The position numbers were made by a program, and so were the translations under genes. Below the pieces are notes generated by a model, which worked only from the letters and a program-made list of their open reading frames with translations, was not told the DNA's origin and searched no databases. From a virus, in IMG/VR virus record IMGVR_UViG_3300041955_000531: a DNA stretch of 64,000 nt; one strand, given 5' to 3'. Shown one piece after another: positions 45,166-54,696 of the stretch. The stretch's first letter is position 1; each line of letters begins with the position of its first letter.

Positions 45166-46346
45166 TTCTTCTTGTTGCCCCACTCGATCTCAGCGGGTGA
45201 GAGCACGTACTTGAAGTTCGATTCTCCTTCCTGTACGTGGATATGATCCGAGTCCGATCCATAGCGGAAGACAACGTCTTCGCTCTTCATAACAGAGAGG
45301 ACATTGGATATGTCCGATAGCCCGAGACCCACTGTGACTGGTCCTTCGGACTTTTCGGTCTTGGCCACGCTCTCTTGGAATGCGCTACCATACCCCCGGG
45401 TAGCAAGGACCACTGTCGATCCGTTGAACGTGAGAGAAAGTGTCCCCTTCTCTGCGTAGGCCGAGAGTCGAGCCAGCACGTTGATGAGCTGGGCTCTATT
45501 GATGGTGGCTGTTCGATGTTCACCAGGCACGGTGAAAATCTTCGCCACCGCCTTTGGGTAGGGTTTCGCGAGCTGCCGAATACCCAGGATAGCATCCGAA
45601 AAGCGAAAAAGGATCTCGTTCGTTGCACCGGTGTTAGAGGTAGCATTGGTTACGGTCACCTCTTCTTCTTTCTTTCGGGAGAGAATGGCCTTGAGGGCCA
45701 CAAGAGCATCCCTGTGTATGCCCCCGCTGAAGACCCCTGTAACCAACGGATCATGTACTTCACACTGGCCGGCAATGATTCGATTGGTAGCCGTTCCCAC
45801 GAGAGCGCCGTTGCTAGCCTCCAACAATACCGACGAAAGCCATGGTCCCTCCGTGATCGCATTCGACCCCGAGGCAGTACAAAAGGCTGTTCGATTGATG
45901 AGGTCAACCAACGTTGCCGCGGATACAGTAAAACAAGGCTTGGCATTGAATGGAATAGACGAAAGTACTTCGCTTGCCTTTTGACCATCCGCATGAACTG
46001 CGATTTCACTTTTGAGTGTGCCATACTTCACCTGTAGCTTGGCGCCGGAGGCACTCAAGCCTATCTCGATCTCCTCTTCGGCAGGTAGGTTACCGATCGT
46101 CTGGCCGAGCAGCCGAGGAACAATCAAAGCATATCCGCTCTTGATTACATCAGCAGGTATCTTCAATAGCGTACGTGCCATACCAAGATTGCTGGTATAG
46201 ACATACATCCTGGACTCGTCCTTCTCTGTTGCCGCCATGGCAATCAGATACATCCATGATCCCACGCTAGATGCTTTGGAATCAAGGGTATAAGAGGCTT
46301 GGCTAATAGCTTCGCGCAGCTCTTTGATCTTGACCTTGAGTTGCAT
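45162..46346 (-). CDS. dnaN: DNA sliding clamp (Pol III beta-like)
   Basis: 394 aa; LINRTAFCTA..LSSVLLE..TATNR; RQLAKPYP; VLSP terminus follow the beta-clamp pattern. Confidence 0.8.
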   Translation of the reverse strand: MQLKVKIKELREAISQASYTLDSKASSVGSWMYLIAMAATEKDESRMYVYTSNLGMARTLLKIPADVIKSGYALIVPRLLGQTIGNLPAEEEIEIGLSASGAKLQVKYGTLKSEIAVHADGQKASEVLSSIPFNAKPCFTVSAATLVDLINRTAFCTASGSNAITEGPWLSSVLLEASNGALVGTATNRIIAGQCEVHDPLVTGVFSGGIHRDALVALKAILSRKKEEEVTVTNATSNTGATNEILFRFSDAILGIRQLAKPYPKAVAKIFTVPGEHRTATINRAQLINVLARLSAYAEKGTLSLTFNGSTVVLATRGYGSAFQESVAKTEKSEGPVTVGLGLSDISNVLSVMKSEDVVFRYGSDSDHIHVQEGESNFKYVLSPAEIEWGNKKK

Positions 46347-46347
46347 G

Positions 46348-46500
46348 TCACGCTCCTTCTTGGGATTGTTCCACAGAAACGATCTCGATCTCGCTGTTAC
46401 CTTCGACCAGCGAAGTCAGATCTTCGATCAGTTCGTCGGCTCCTGTATACGCACCCTCAGGAACTACGATCTGAACCGTGTAGTGTTCCTTCTTTTCCAC
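46348..46500 (-). CDS. small acidic hypothetical protein
   Basis: 3' part of track ORF 46348..46602. Confidence 0.45.
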   Translation of the reverse strand: MEKKEHYTVQIVVPEGAYTGADELIEDLTSLVEGNSEIEIVSVEQSQEGA

Positions 46501-46759
46501 TGATAGGCCCACTTTGCATCTCCTTTGCCATTGTTTGATTGATGTTACACTCACCCAATGTCTGAGCCCAAGCTCGTAGCTCTGCTCCAGCCCAGACATC
46601 ATTATGATTCATCAGATAGCGTCCGATCGTTTGGATCAGAGCAAAAACATTGTCCCCTCTAATGAAGAACCCCGGCCAGTCTTCATTGAACTGAACGGGG
46701 CCTGTCTCAACTCTATCATTAAGGGGAAGCTCTACTTTAAGCTTCCTTATCTCAGTCAC
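46457..46759 (-). CDS. hypothetical protein
   Basis: AAGGAG SD; RVETGPVQFNEDWPGFFIRGDN. Confidence 0.65.
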   Translation of the reverse strand: MTEIRKLKVELPLNDRVETGPVQFNEDWPGFFIRGDNVFALIQTIGRYLMNHNDVWAGAELRAWAQTLGECNINQTMAKEMQSGPISGKEGTLHGSDRSS

Positions 46760-46857
46760 TCTTGCTCCTTGTCGTCCATCGGATCACGGTTCTTCTCGTC
46801 ATCATGTCACAGACTTGGTATCCGTTCGGACCGCGGCCGCATTTCAGAAAACGATAA

Positions 46858-46887
46858 AGGGCCCGCAACCATTCAGTATTGGGCCCT
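46858..46887 (-). terminator. probable intrinsic terminator
   Basis: AGGGCCC/GGGCCCT stem followed by TTATCGTTTT on the minus strand. Confidence 0.45.
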
Positions 46888-46915
46888 CTTTCAATCCACT
46901 TACGTGGCCAGAACA

Positions 46916-47638
46916 TCAGGCACTCATTGCTTCTTTGGCGCCTGGCTTATCAACGACAGGCTTTACCCGTGCCTTCTGGCAGGCAACGCACAACTGCTTC
47001 TTGTACTTGCGCTGTCCATTGGCAATAAGTTCACTGATGCTGATCACACGATCACCATGCTGATAGGGTTCTATCTTAGCGTGGCAGTCTTCACATTCTT
47101 TCTTTGGAATAGCCCAATCAGGGAGTTCCGGAGGGTCGGTGATCCTGCGAGAGGTATCGTCGTATGGAACCCATTGATTCTTTGGTAGATCATAAAGGTA
47201 TCTTCCCAGGCCAAAGCGAGTTGCAGCTCGCTTGAAAGCTTGGGCTTCGGCGGAAGTGATAGCATTTTCATCCAGCGCGTCGGACTCACCAGTCCCCGAG
47301 TTCTGGCCGATACCTTCAATGGTAATGGTAGCCACAACCAGGACCTTGCCCTTATAAGGGAACTGCTTCCACTTCTCAGTTTGTTTTTCGTCGAAGATTG
47401 GGTCAATCGTCGTGACCTCATAGTGGCAGCTCCATCCTGCTGGTGTCAACACTTCATTGAATCGATCTGAGTATGCGCGCGGGTCGGCATAAGCAGCAGC
47501 GATTGCCTTGTCCTTGCTCTTGCTGATCGCCTGGGGCTTCCAGTAGATCAGATCGGGATCGAATGGTTCCTCTAACTTCTCGAGGATAGCCTTGACCCTA
47601 AGTTCAGCAAACTTCTCTTTCACTAAATCAAACTCCAT
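46916..47638 (-). CDS. Rad52/22-family single-strand annealing protein with C-terminal Zn ribbon
   Basis: AYADPR..DRFNEVL; AEAQAFKRAATRFGLGRYLY; CEDC..CVAC. Confidence 0.88.
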   Translation of the reverse strand: MEFDLVKEKFAELRVKAILEKLEEPFDPDLIYWKPQAISKSKDKAIAAAYADPRAYSDRFNEVLTPAGWSCHYEVTTIDPIFDEKQTEKWKQFPYKGKVLVVATITIEGIGQNSGTGESDALDENAITSAEAQAFKRAATRFGLGRYLYDLPKNQWVPYDDTSRRITDPPELPDWAIPKKECEDCHAKIEPYQHGDRVISISELIANGQRKYKKQLCVACQKARVKPVVDKPGAKEAMSA

Positions 47639-47664
47639 GACATTCTCCTTGTGTTCGTCTGCGC

Positions 47665-48609
47665 TTATTTAGTTCTCTCGCAGACATTATATAGTCTAGC
47701 ACAAAGTTCGGCTAAGCCAAAGGCTTCTATGGCTGGAATGTGCGCCGTAAGTTCAATGATTGCCTCACTTACACGCACTGGTCTCTCCGGCTCGCGCAGC
47801 AACATAGACTTCAAGTAGTTGACTACTACCAGCCGAATAACCGTTGCCTCTTCGTTCGTGGCTTGTGAAAGAGCTGTTCGAACGGTGTTCCAGTCTCTTT
47901 TGGCAACAGCTTTAGCAATCTCAAAAGCCTGCGGTGCATCTTGCGTTCCGAAGATAGCTCCAAGGGGATCCATTCCCCCTGCGAAACGTTCAGTCGCCAT
48001 AAGTATGGCCCGCGGGGCTGTAACATTCTCTCTAAATAAGCTTTGAACAAACTCTTCAGTCTTTGCATCTTTCTTTCCTAGGTGAGTTAACGCCCGCTGA
48101 ACGAGGGTCCTTGTACCATCGAGCGTGAGGCCTGCGAGTGCGAACGATACACATCGGCCGCGGAGTGTCGGTATAATCTTAGAAGGTTCGGTTGTGGAAA
48201 AGATCCATACAGTACTCGGCGGAGCATCCTCCACGTGTTTAAGGAGAGCATTTTGTGCCTGCTTTGTTAGTTGATGCGCTTCATCATAAACAATGACCTT
48301 AAAGTCACCCATAAGTGGTCGGTGGGCAGCTTCTTCTCCAGCTGCTCTTGCAGCATCCACCCCCGTGTCGTCTGCGGCATTCTTCTCGACAAGCTCTCCA
48401 TTAAGCTCGGCGTTAATGCACCGTGCCAACGTAGTCTTGCCACACCCTGTGGGTCCCGATAAGAGTATTGCAGTCGGCACACGGCCTGAGCGTAGCTGGG
48501 TCCTAATCTGGTTGACAATCGAGGGACTCCCAATGAACTCATCAAAGGTGCTGGGCCGTAAGTCCACGGCAAGATTACGGGTGGTGGTCCCAATCTGATC
48601 GGCATTCAT
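47665..48609 (-). CDS. dnaX: clamp loader, Pol III gamma/tau-like
   Basis: RPSTFDEFIG; GPTGCGKTT; DEAHQLT; AQNALLK; STTEPSKIIPTLRGRC. Confidence 0.88.
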   Translation of the reverse strand: MNADQIGTTTRNLAVDLRPSTFDEFIGSPSIVNQIRTQLRSGRVPTAILLSGPTGCGKTTLARCINAELNGELVEKNAADDTGVDAARAAGEEAAHRPLMGDFKVIVYDEAHQLTKQAQNALLKHVEDAPPSTVWIFSTTEPSKIIPTLRGRCVSFALAGLTLDGTRTLVQRALTHLGKKDAKTEEFVQSLFRENVTAPRAILMATERFAGGMDPLGAIFGTQDAPQAFEIAKAVAKRDWNTVRTALSQATNEEATVIRLVVVNYLKSMLLREPERPVRVSEAIIELTAHIPAIEAFGLAELCARLYNVCERTK

Positions 48610-48617
48610 GTTTTCTC

Positions 48618-48797
48618 CTAAAACCACCAAGTAACTACTGCTGTGATAGCTGCGGCGAGTATGAAATAAGCAGCGTGCCGCCAATCCTTAACGAAACAAT
48701 AACCTATACCAGCGCCGAAGCAAAGAACTATCTGGGCTAAGCCCAGGATAAGACCCCAGTTCCACTGCATCATTGTCCCAAGGATCTTAAGAGGCAT
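48618..48797 (-). CDS. small membrane protein
   Basis: two hydrophobic segments. Confidence 0.55.
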   Translation of the reverse strand: MPLKILGTMMQWNWGLILGLAQIVLCFGAGIGYCFVKDWRHAAYFILAAAITAVVTWWF

Positions 48798-49017
48798 GTG
48801 TTCTCTTCTGGCTCGTCGACTTCCGATTCCCATGGCTCGACTTCGTTTTTGGTTCGGACCATGCCTTCGGCCGATGATGACTGCAGAAGTCGTTGCTGCT
48901 CGTCGGGTCGAATGAACAGCCGCAGTATTGCTTGCATTTTGGACACACTCCGTGGTCGAGAGGACTCATGTCTGCGTTACAGTGTGGACAGGACATCCGA
49001 CAGTGTTGACAACTCAT
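48787..49017 (-). CDS. small Cys-rich Zn-finger protein
   Basis: CQHC, CPHC, CPKC. Confidence 0.55.
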   Translation of the reverse strand: MSCQHCRMSCPHCNADMSPLDHGVCPKCKQYCGCSFDPTSSNDFCSHHRPKAWSEPKTKSSHGNRKSTSQKRTHAS

Positions 49018-49026
49018 CTAGTTCTC

Positions 49027-49362
49027 CTACAGTAGTTTTGTATAAGCGCCGGCATTCATAAGCCGAGCAATCTCTTGCTTGTGAGCACGGCTATTCCTTA
49101 CTCCATTGCAGTTCACCTTGATACCTAACTTAGCATGAACCATCTCATGAAGCAAAGTGATAAGCGCTGTCTTCTCAAGTAGCACTCTCTTCATTAGCTT
49201 GTTGACCATGATACACACAGGCTTATCGACTTCAAACCAAGTCCAGCCCATGGTATCGAAAGGCAGCCTGCCAAACCTGACCAACAAACCCTTTGGTAGT
49301 TGGTCGCGGAAGAACCTTTTGTTGTAATACTTATAGGCCTGCTGCAACTCCTTGTTGGTCAC
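49027..49362 (-). CDS. SprT-like zincin metalloprotease
   Basis: YNKRFF...LP; TLLHEMVHA. Confidence 0.75.
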   Translation of the reverse strand: MTNKELQQAYKYYNKRFFRDQLPKGLLVRFGRLPFDTMGWTWFEVDKPVCIMVNKLMKRVLLEKTALITLLHEMVHAKLGIKVNCNGVRNSRAHKQEIARLMNAGAYTKLL

Positions 49363-50114
49363 ACCAAACTCCGCCCCAGGACCTGGGACGAATACATGTC
49401 AGCCATGTGAACTATCACAGCCAGGGGATTCCTTGCCATGACTGTGGCTCCTGTACTTGTCGGGCCGCCGAAGGTAAAGTTACGATCGGCATAGCCGCCC
49501 TCAGCAAACAGAACAGCAGACCATACCTGCTCGCTGGGTACAATACCCCACCGACCCAGTTCCAATAGAGTCTTAGACTCTTCATCTACGATATCAAACT
49601 GACCATTCTGGTAGGTAAATACCTGTGCTTCCAGATACTTACTGGGATTCTTCTCCCGGTCTTCGTCAGTTATCTCTCTATAGGTCCATATCTTGGCGAA
49701 GTCATGGAGGTAACATGCCTGAATGATCTCATCACGGTCGACTTTGTCCTTCAGGTCCCCGGGATACAAATCATAGAGGTCTAATGCATAGCCTATCATT
49801 TCTTTCACGTGGTCTGCCATGCCACCTCTCCACCAATGGTGGTGCTTGGCGCCGGCACAGACATGATCAAAGTCCAGGTGATCATCATGGAACGGTAGAT
49901 ACTGTTCAGGATAAGGATCACTCATGCTTGCCAGCCATTCGCGAATAGTGTTCTTTGAATAGCGCTGGCGGCGCAGACGAGGAGTCTCTATTGCTTGGGG
50001 AATGGTAACAACAGGCACCGCTGATTCATAAACCTTCAGCTTGCCTACCCCAGGCTGAGGAGACTGCGATGGCATATCACTGGTAGGTATTGGTTTCGGA
50101 ACTGTGTATTCCAT
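49359..50114 (-). CDS. HD-domain phosphohydrolase
   Basis: HHHWWRGGMADH; LHDFAK; HMADMYS. Confidence 0.8.
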   Translation of the reverse strand: MEYTVPKPIPTSDMPSQSPQPGVGKLKVYESAVPVVTIPQAIETPRLRRQRYSKNTIREWLASMSDPYPEQYLPFHDDHLDFDHVCAGAKHHHWWRGGMADHVKEMIGYALDLYDLYPGDLKDKVDRDEIIQACYLHDFAKIWTYREITDEDREKNPSKYLEAQVFTYQNGQFDIVDEESKTLLELGRWGIVPSEQVWSAVLFAEGGYADRNFTFGGPTSTGATVMARNPLAVIVHMADMYSSQVLGRSLV

Positions 50115-50477
50115 TTAGGGCTCCTGATAGTTGAATCTAAAACCTAAAGATGAACAATACATGTTCGGTCCTGTTGCTGTGCTGCCATATGTATCGATTG
50201 CGAGCACGTGCTCGGCATCCTTCCCGCAAACCGGGCACCTCTCCGAAAGGCGCGCCTCAGGGACAGGTGGCGCATTGTTCTGCACAGGAGGTTTGTGTTG
50301 ATTCCCAAGACATACTGAACATACAAGCTCTTTGTAGTAAATGTCATGTGGGTCCTTAATCTCCTCCCAGTTCGTCAAGGCGTCGCAATGCTTACACCAC
50401 TTGCTTAGCTGGTGTTTGGGCACCACAATCTTCTCGAACTGATTACCGCATTCACATCTGAACACGAACATTGGCAT
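50115..50477 (-). CDS. FmdB-like zinc-ribbon protein
   Basis: MPMFVFRCECGNQFE ... CPVCG. Confidence 0.7.
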   Translation of the reverse strand: MPMFVFRCECGNQFEKIVVPKHQLSKWCKHCDALTNWEEIKDPHDIYYKELVCSVCLGNQHKPPVQNNAPPVPEARLSERCPVCGKDAEHVLAIDTYGSTATGPNMYCSSLGFRFNYQEP

Positions 50478-50567
50478 CAGCCATACCTCCAATATCTAAT
50501 CTCAGGATAAATCCTTCGCATATGTCTACAGAAACCGTGGATGATCTCTCTGGCCCACCATTTGTGC

Positions 50568-50744
50568 CTAGGAAATCTCCTCCGCCTCCGTACCAGTCTC
50601 GAGGTGGCCGTCGTACACTCTGCAGACTTCTTTTCCCTTACCGTCTTCTGCGTCCCGCTTGGCCTCATCAACATCTTCGGCCTCGACAATCCTCGTGACC
50701 CGATAGGTTTCATACACTGTCACATTGAACTTCTTGGTGCTCAT
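50568..50744 (-). CDS. small hypothetical protein (VEAEDVDEA motif)
   Basis: GGAG SD before MSTKKF. Confidence 0.55.
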   Translation of the reverse strand: MSTKKFNVTVYETYRVTRIVEAEDVDEAKRDAEDGKGKEVCRVYDGHLETGTEAEEIS

Positions 50745-51135
50745 GCTTGCTCCATTCTTCCTTGAGCCAGGTATCAGGATAGGAGGCCCAAGAATACTTT
50801 GGCTTCGGTGCCAGGTAATGTCCCAAATACGCAGCAAACTTCGGACACCAAGACACACCAAGCACATCGCCTAGTTCAACGAACTGTTGCCTAGTAGCAT
50901 TATATCCTGTTTTGCGTTGTTTGTTTAGGACTTTCTGAGTCTTGACGCCTATGAAGACGTCCTTACCTATGGAGGGATTGAAGATATAGAGGGCTGTCCT
51001 GACATTGCCGCCTCTATTCATAATGAAATACATCAGATGGATGTAACTCTTGGCTACGAACCAGAAGTTGTTAGCCTCACCTTCGGTCAGGACAATGAGC
51101 TCGCCCTCTTTAACTATCTCTTTGACTGGCTTCAC
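50710..51135 (-). CDS. hypothetical protein
   Basis: GTGA coupling at 51135. Confidence 0.6.
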   Translation of the reverse strand: MKPVKEIVKEGELIVLTEGEANNFWFVAKSYIHLMYFIMNRGGNVRTALYIFNPSIGKDVFIGVKTQKVLNKQRKTGYNATRQQFVELGDVLGVSWCPKFAAYLGHYLAPKPKYSWASYPDTWLKEEWSKHEHQEVQCDSV

Positions 51136-51392
51136 TTGCTCTTCTTTCTGGGGCTGGCTGCGTGATTCAGTCCCATTAGATTCCCACTCGTGCCAGCACT
51201 CCAGTGGATTTCGTTGTAACCCCAGACCCAGGAGCATCCTGGGTATTCAATCTTCTCACATACCCCGCCATGTCCAGGGCAAACCTGTGGCTTGTCACAT
51301 TCAGACACAGGCAATAGTAGTTCGAAGTCGTGACCTTCTTGCTTCTCGTCCTCGGGCTTAGAAACAGGACAGTGATACACATAAATGGGCAT
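51132..51392 (-). CDS. FmdB-like zinc-ribbon protein
   Basis: MPIYVYHC...HDFELL...CPGHG. Confidence 0.7.
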   Translation of the reverse strand: MPIYVYHCPVSKPEDEKQEGHDFELLLPVSECDKPQVCPGHGGVCEKIEYPGCSWVWGYNEIHWSAGTSGNLMGLNHAASPRKKSK

Positions 51393-51427
51393 TTCAATAC
51401 CTCGTTTGGAAATATGACCGCGGGGCT

Positions 51428-51649
51428 TTAGGACTTTTTGGGTCGCGCGTCGGCTGGCTTGTCAGCGAGCCAAGCATCACTGGCTGTGCCGTATCCGTTA
51501 AAGATATAATCAAACAGGCCGTTGGCGTCGTCCGGATTGATTCTGAACTTGCGGCACAAACGATTGAAGAGTTTGTTTCGCTTCGCATCCAGTTTGATTA
51601 TCTTATTGCGCACGACTCGAATGGCCTTCACTGCTTCAGTCTGGTTCAT
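51428..51649 (-). CDS. hypothetical protein
   Basis: GGAG SD; ATGA coupling. Confidence 0.6.
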   Translation of the reverse strand: MNQTEAVKAIRVVRNKIIKLDAKRNKLFNRLCRKFRINPDDANGLFDYIFNGYGTASDAWLADKPADARPKKS

Positions 51650-52056
51650 TTCTTCTCCCGATGGAATAGGGCAGTGCCCCAGTTCATTATATCATCACCA
51701 GCCAAACAGAATGCTACCGCAAGGCTTGAGACCTTGGGCACCGCACCTTCGGAAAGATCACTTTGTGATCTAATCTGCCGAGCCCGTATGAGGGATCCTC
51801 TCTCAAGCGATTCCCCAAGACAGACCAGGAACCACCCAATGCCCTTAACGTTTTCATCGTCGCGAGGAAGTCTACTCTCCTCCAAGGCAGAAAGTAACTT
51901 TGCACCAAGCCCATACACACGGCTTTCATGTGTTGACTGTATTGGTGACGGGGACAGGAGCGTTGGTTGTAGTAACTGGGGCTTCGGGTTTAACTTCCTC
52001 GACGCCGGCTTTTGTGACACGGAATGTTCTCCCTGAAACTTTACCCTGTATAACAC
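51646..52056 (-). CDS. hypothetical protein (start probably near 51918)
   Basis: ORF track. Confidence 0.5.
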   Translation of the reverse strand: MLYRVKFQGEHSVSQKPASRKLNPKPQLLQPTLLSPSPIQSTHESRVYGLGAKLLSALEESRLPRDDENVKGIGWFLVCLGESLERGSLIRARQIRSQSDLSEGAVPKVSSLAVAFCLAGDDIMNWGTALFHREKK

Positions 52057-52354
52057 CAGGTTCCTTCAAGCGCTCCACCGCGCGCCCAGCAAGAGCAAGC
52101 AACTCATCTTTAATCTTACCGGTGAATATATCATACTCATCGATGATGACATCGCCATGCTTCTTTGAACGGAGAGGAAGCATCCACCGTGGTGTCTTCT
52201 CCTCATCCGGAATCCTGTAGAGTATCTGTGTGATTGCGCAATCATCCGCACCAAAACAGATACTTGCCATAGCAGCCACGCCAGTATTCTTCAACTTCTC
52301 TACTGTGTTGAACTGAATGATGACGTGGGACATGCCCTTAAGCATCTGGGTCAT
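51926..52354 (-). CDS. hypothetical protein
   Basis: ORF track. Confidence 0.6.
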   Translation of the reverse strand: MTQMLKGMSHVIIQFNTVEKLKNTGVAAMASICFGADDCAITQILYRIPDEEKTPRWMLPLRSKKHGDVIIDEYDIFTGKIKDELLALAGRAVERLKEPGVIQGKVSGRTFRVTKAGVEEVKPEAPVTTTNAPVPVTNTVNT

Positions 52355-52673
52355 AGCCCCTCTCTTCTGTGTGATTCACAAAACCAATAGTGTTAATGAA
52401 CATATCAAGGCCTGGCTTTGGTTTGCCAGCACCATCATAGTATACACCAAGTTTGCCTAAGACGCCAAAGGCTTGGATCTTGTCTCCCTTTTTGAGGGTA
52501 GATCGTACAAAGTTCTGGAGCCTCGGGTTCCAAACAGTAGCCGTGATCCAATCGGCATGACGGGAGGCGCCACGCCGGCAAGCCACAGAGAGTACTGTAA
52601 CCTCCACGTTGCCAATCGTTTGAACATAGGGATCCTTTCCCAGAAAACCCGTCACCTCTAACTTAATGGACAC
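52338..52673 (-). CDS. ssb: single-stranded DNA-binding protein (OB fold, short tail)
   Basis: VTGFLGKDP; LSVA; DWITATVW; LKKGDKI.AFG.L. Confidence 0.75.
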   Translation of the reverse strand: MSIKLEVTGFLGKDPYVQTIGNVEVTVLSVACRRGASRHADWITATVWNPRLQNFVRSTLKKGDKIQAFGVLGKLGVYYDGAGKPKPGLDMFINTIGFVNHTEERGYDPDA

Positions 52674-53088
52674 GTCGGATCTCCTTAAGCCATTCATGAT
52701 AAACAACTTCTGGCTTTGCCATCTTTGCATTCTGGCAGAACACACAGCAAGGAACACAGTTCTCGCTGGTGTAATCCTTACCTGAATCTCTTCGATCGAT
52801 ACCGAAATAGATTAAGGAGAATCTTTCTGGTCTCTTACCACCAGGGTGCTTCAGCTTATTCCCAAAATGAAATCGCGAGCAGCCACAGTGAAAACAACGA
52901 TCAGCAAAGATCATTGATTCGTATTCGCTTCTTGTTATCTCTACCTTGAGGCCTCGCACTTCAGCATTATACTCAAGCATGCTCCACGTTCTCGTGATAG
53001 CCCCGCGAATATACTGAGCGTCACGACGCGGACCGTAATCGTGAGGGAGATATCTCTTATCAGGCTGTCCGTCTTTCCTAACTCTCAT
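52663..53088 (-). CDS. HNH-type endonuclease
   Basis: CFHCG; GIDRRDSGKDYTSENCVPCCVFCQNAK. Confidence 0.8.
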   Translation of the reverse strand: MRVRKDGQPDKRYLPHDYGPRRDAQYIRGAITRTWSMLEYNAEVRGLKVEITRSEYESMIFADRCFHCGCSRFHFGNKLKHPGGKRPERFSLIYFGIDRRDSGKDYTSENCVPCCVFCQNAKMAKPEVVYHEWLKEIRRVH

Positions 53089-53171
53089 CGGTATCTCCCG
53101 AGTAAGATCCAGGACCAAAACCCTGGGCCAACTTTCCAGGCCCGTCTAGCCCACTTCCAGCGATACCACAT
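53085..53171 (-). CDS. 28-aa Trp/Arg-rich peptide MWYRWKWARRAWKVGPGFWSWILLGRYR
   Basis: translated by hand; fills the gap exactly; ATGA overlap with the HNH start. Confidence 0.4.
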   Translation of the reverse strand: MWYRWKWARRAWKVGPGFWSWILLGRYR

Positions 53172-53173
53172 GG

Positions 53174-53467
53174 TTACCAAAAGATCTTGACCACGTAGTC
53201 GCCAGGTTCCAGGACACCATTGTTGCACATATCCTGCATCAAAAGGTGCGTCCTATACTGCATAGGCTTCTTAGTGGTCTTCATCTTCTCAAGATCCGCT
53301 TTGTCCCACTCATTGATCTCTTCGTCCTTGACCAGGTTGAAAGTCAGGGAACATTCATTCCCCTTCTCTTCCTCCGCGGGTATGGAATACTCTTCGAATC
53401 CATACGTCTTCTCGATTAGTTTCTCGAGCTCGCCGTACTCCATCTCAATAACTGTCTTCTTCTGCAT
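53174..53467 (-). CDS. hypothetical protein
   Basis: AAGGA SD. Confidence 0.65.
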   Translation of the reverse strand: MQKKTVIEMEYGELEKLIEKTYGFEEYSIPAEEEKGNECSLTFNLVKDEEINEWDKADLEKMKTTKKPMQYRTHLLMQDMCNNGVLEPGDYVVKIFW

Positions 53468-53489
53468 GGGTTCCTTTCAGTACCAAAGC

Positions 53490-53921
53490 TTACTGGTTCT
53501 TACACGGGTGAACGACCACCCACTCCGTGGGTACTTCCTCGAATACCTTATATAGTCCTTTCGTGACGCCCCAAGTGAGACGTCCCAGACCGCAGCCCAT
53601 TTCTGGGAGAGCGTACGGACCACCCTGCATCTTGGAAAGCTTAAGCAGTATGTCAGCCACATCTTCTATCCTACTATCATCTTTCCAGTGTCGCTTAGTC
53701 GGCGCCAGGACGAGATCGGCAAAACGCTCGTCCATCCAGGGGATACCTTTATCCGGCATGGAATGTAGCGCATGCTGGTAAGCTGTTTGAATACCCGGGT
53801 ACTTCTGCTTAGCCGCCAGAGCAAGCCCGGCACCCATAATCCCAAGCTGGTTTGTCGGTATGACGATGCGGTGGGTCGGGACATACGTCCAGATATCTCC
53901 TGTCGTTTCAATGAGACTCAT
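53490..53921 (-). CDS. macrodomain ADP-ribosyl hydrolase (DarG/TARG1-like)
   Basis: GDIW; PTNQLGIMGAGLA; PTKRHW; LPEMGCGLGRLTW. Confidence 0.85.
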   Translation of the reverse strand: MSLIETTGDIWTYVPTHRIVIPTNQLGIMGAGLALAAKQKYPGIQTAYQHALHSMPDKGIPWMDERFADLVLAPTKRHWKDDSRIEDVADILLKLSKMQGGPYALPEMGCGLGRLTWGVTKGLYKVFEEVPTEWVVVHPCKNQ

Positions 53922-54313
53922 GAAAGGGCTCCTGGATCTGATTGCTCGAGTGGAGCTATGATTAGTGGCAGGTTGCCGCGGAGCTTCGCGAGGATCGAGG
54001 CGTTGAGATACACCGCACGCTGTTGTACTTGGTTTCGGACGCCCGTCTCGAAAACTGATCCACCGGAACCCCGTCCGTAGTCCTGCCGGCTCTGATAAAA
54101 CACCGTCTGCAGAAAGTTATTCTCCTCGGGTGTGAAAGAAACAGGAGTGCCGGCAACCACCTGAACCTTGGTTTTGATCGACGACACCAATATACGCTCG
54201 CGATCTGAGAACGTTCCGCCCCCAGCACCATGTCCTTTGTAATCATGCCACCTCGACATCGTCTGCTGCAAATACTGCAGCTCCCAGCCATCGAAAATCA
54301 AAGGGTTGTTCAT
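53918..54313 (-). CDS. hypothetical protein, internal-repeat paralog 1
   Basis: two copies of F...E.Q/N.LQ...I..K[VL]. Confidence 0.7.
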   Translation of the reverse strand: MNNPLIFDGWELQYLQQTMSRWHDYKGHGAGGGTFSDRERILVSSIKTKVQVVAGTPVSFTPEENNFLQTVFYQSRQDYGRGSGGSVFETGVRNQVQQRAVYLNASILAKLRGNLPLIIAPLEQSDPGALS

Positions 54314-54696
54314 GATCCACACTCCACCTTGTAGAAACTAGGTGTTATCTGATCCACATGGTCTATCCTAAGATCCCCAATACCGTGACCGTACACACCA
54401 TACTTCTGAATGTCATTGTAGATCTTACAATAGCCCTTGTAGATACACCTAAACAAATCTATCCGCCGGAACCCCGTAGGTCTGCAAAACGTCATACGAA
54501 CGGGGTCCTCCAGCGGATAGCTAAATCTCAGCACGATGAGGGGACGAAGGACAATCCATTGACGTCTACCATAGAGTGCCATACTGCCATCTATGATTGC
54601 AGGATAATCTGTTACTCCTGCTGTGTAGCAATACGCTTTACTGTTGCTACCCACACGCCAACGAACTCTAAACTCTATCTCCCATGGCTTTGCCAT
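54310..54696 (-). CDS. hypothetical protein (YPL...YGVYGHGIGDL)
   Basis: TAATG and ATGA coupling. Confidence 0.65.
   Translation of the reverse strand: MAKPWEIEFRVRWRVGSNSKAYCYTAGVTDYPAIIDGSMALYGRRQWIVLRPLIVLRFSYPLEDPVRMTFCRPTGFRRIDLFRCIYKGYCKIYNDIQKYGVYGHGIGDLRIDHVDQITPSFYKVECGS

Noticed and set aside
52663-53171. Recoded terminal duplication around the third HNH gene
   Set aside because: Only a vague GGGTTTT..GGATC resemblance to the ssb start; no peptide-level duplicate and no promoter motif.
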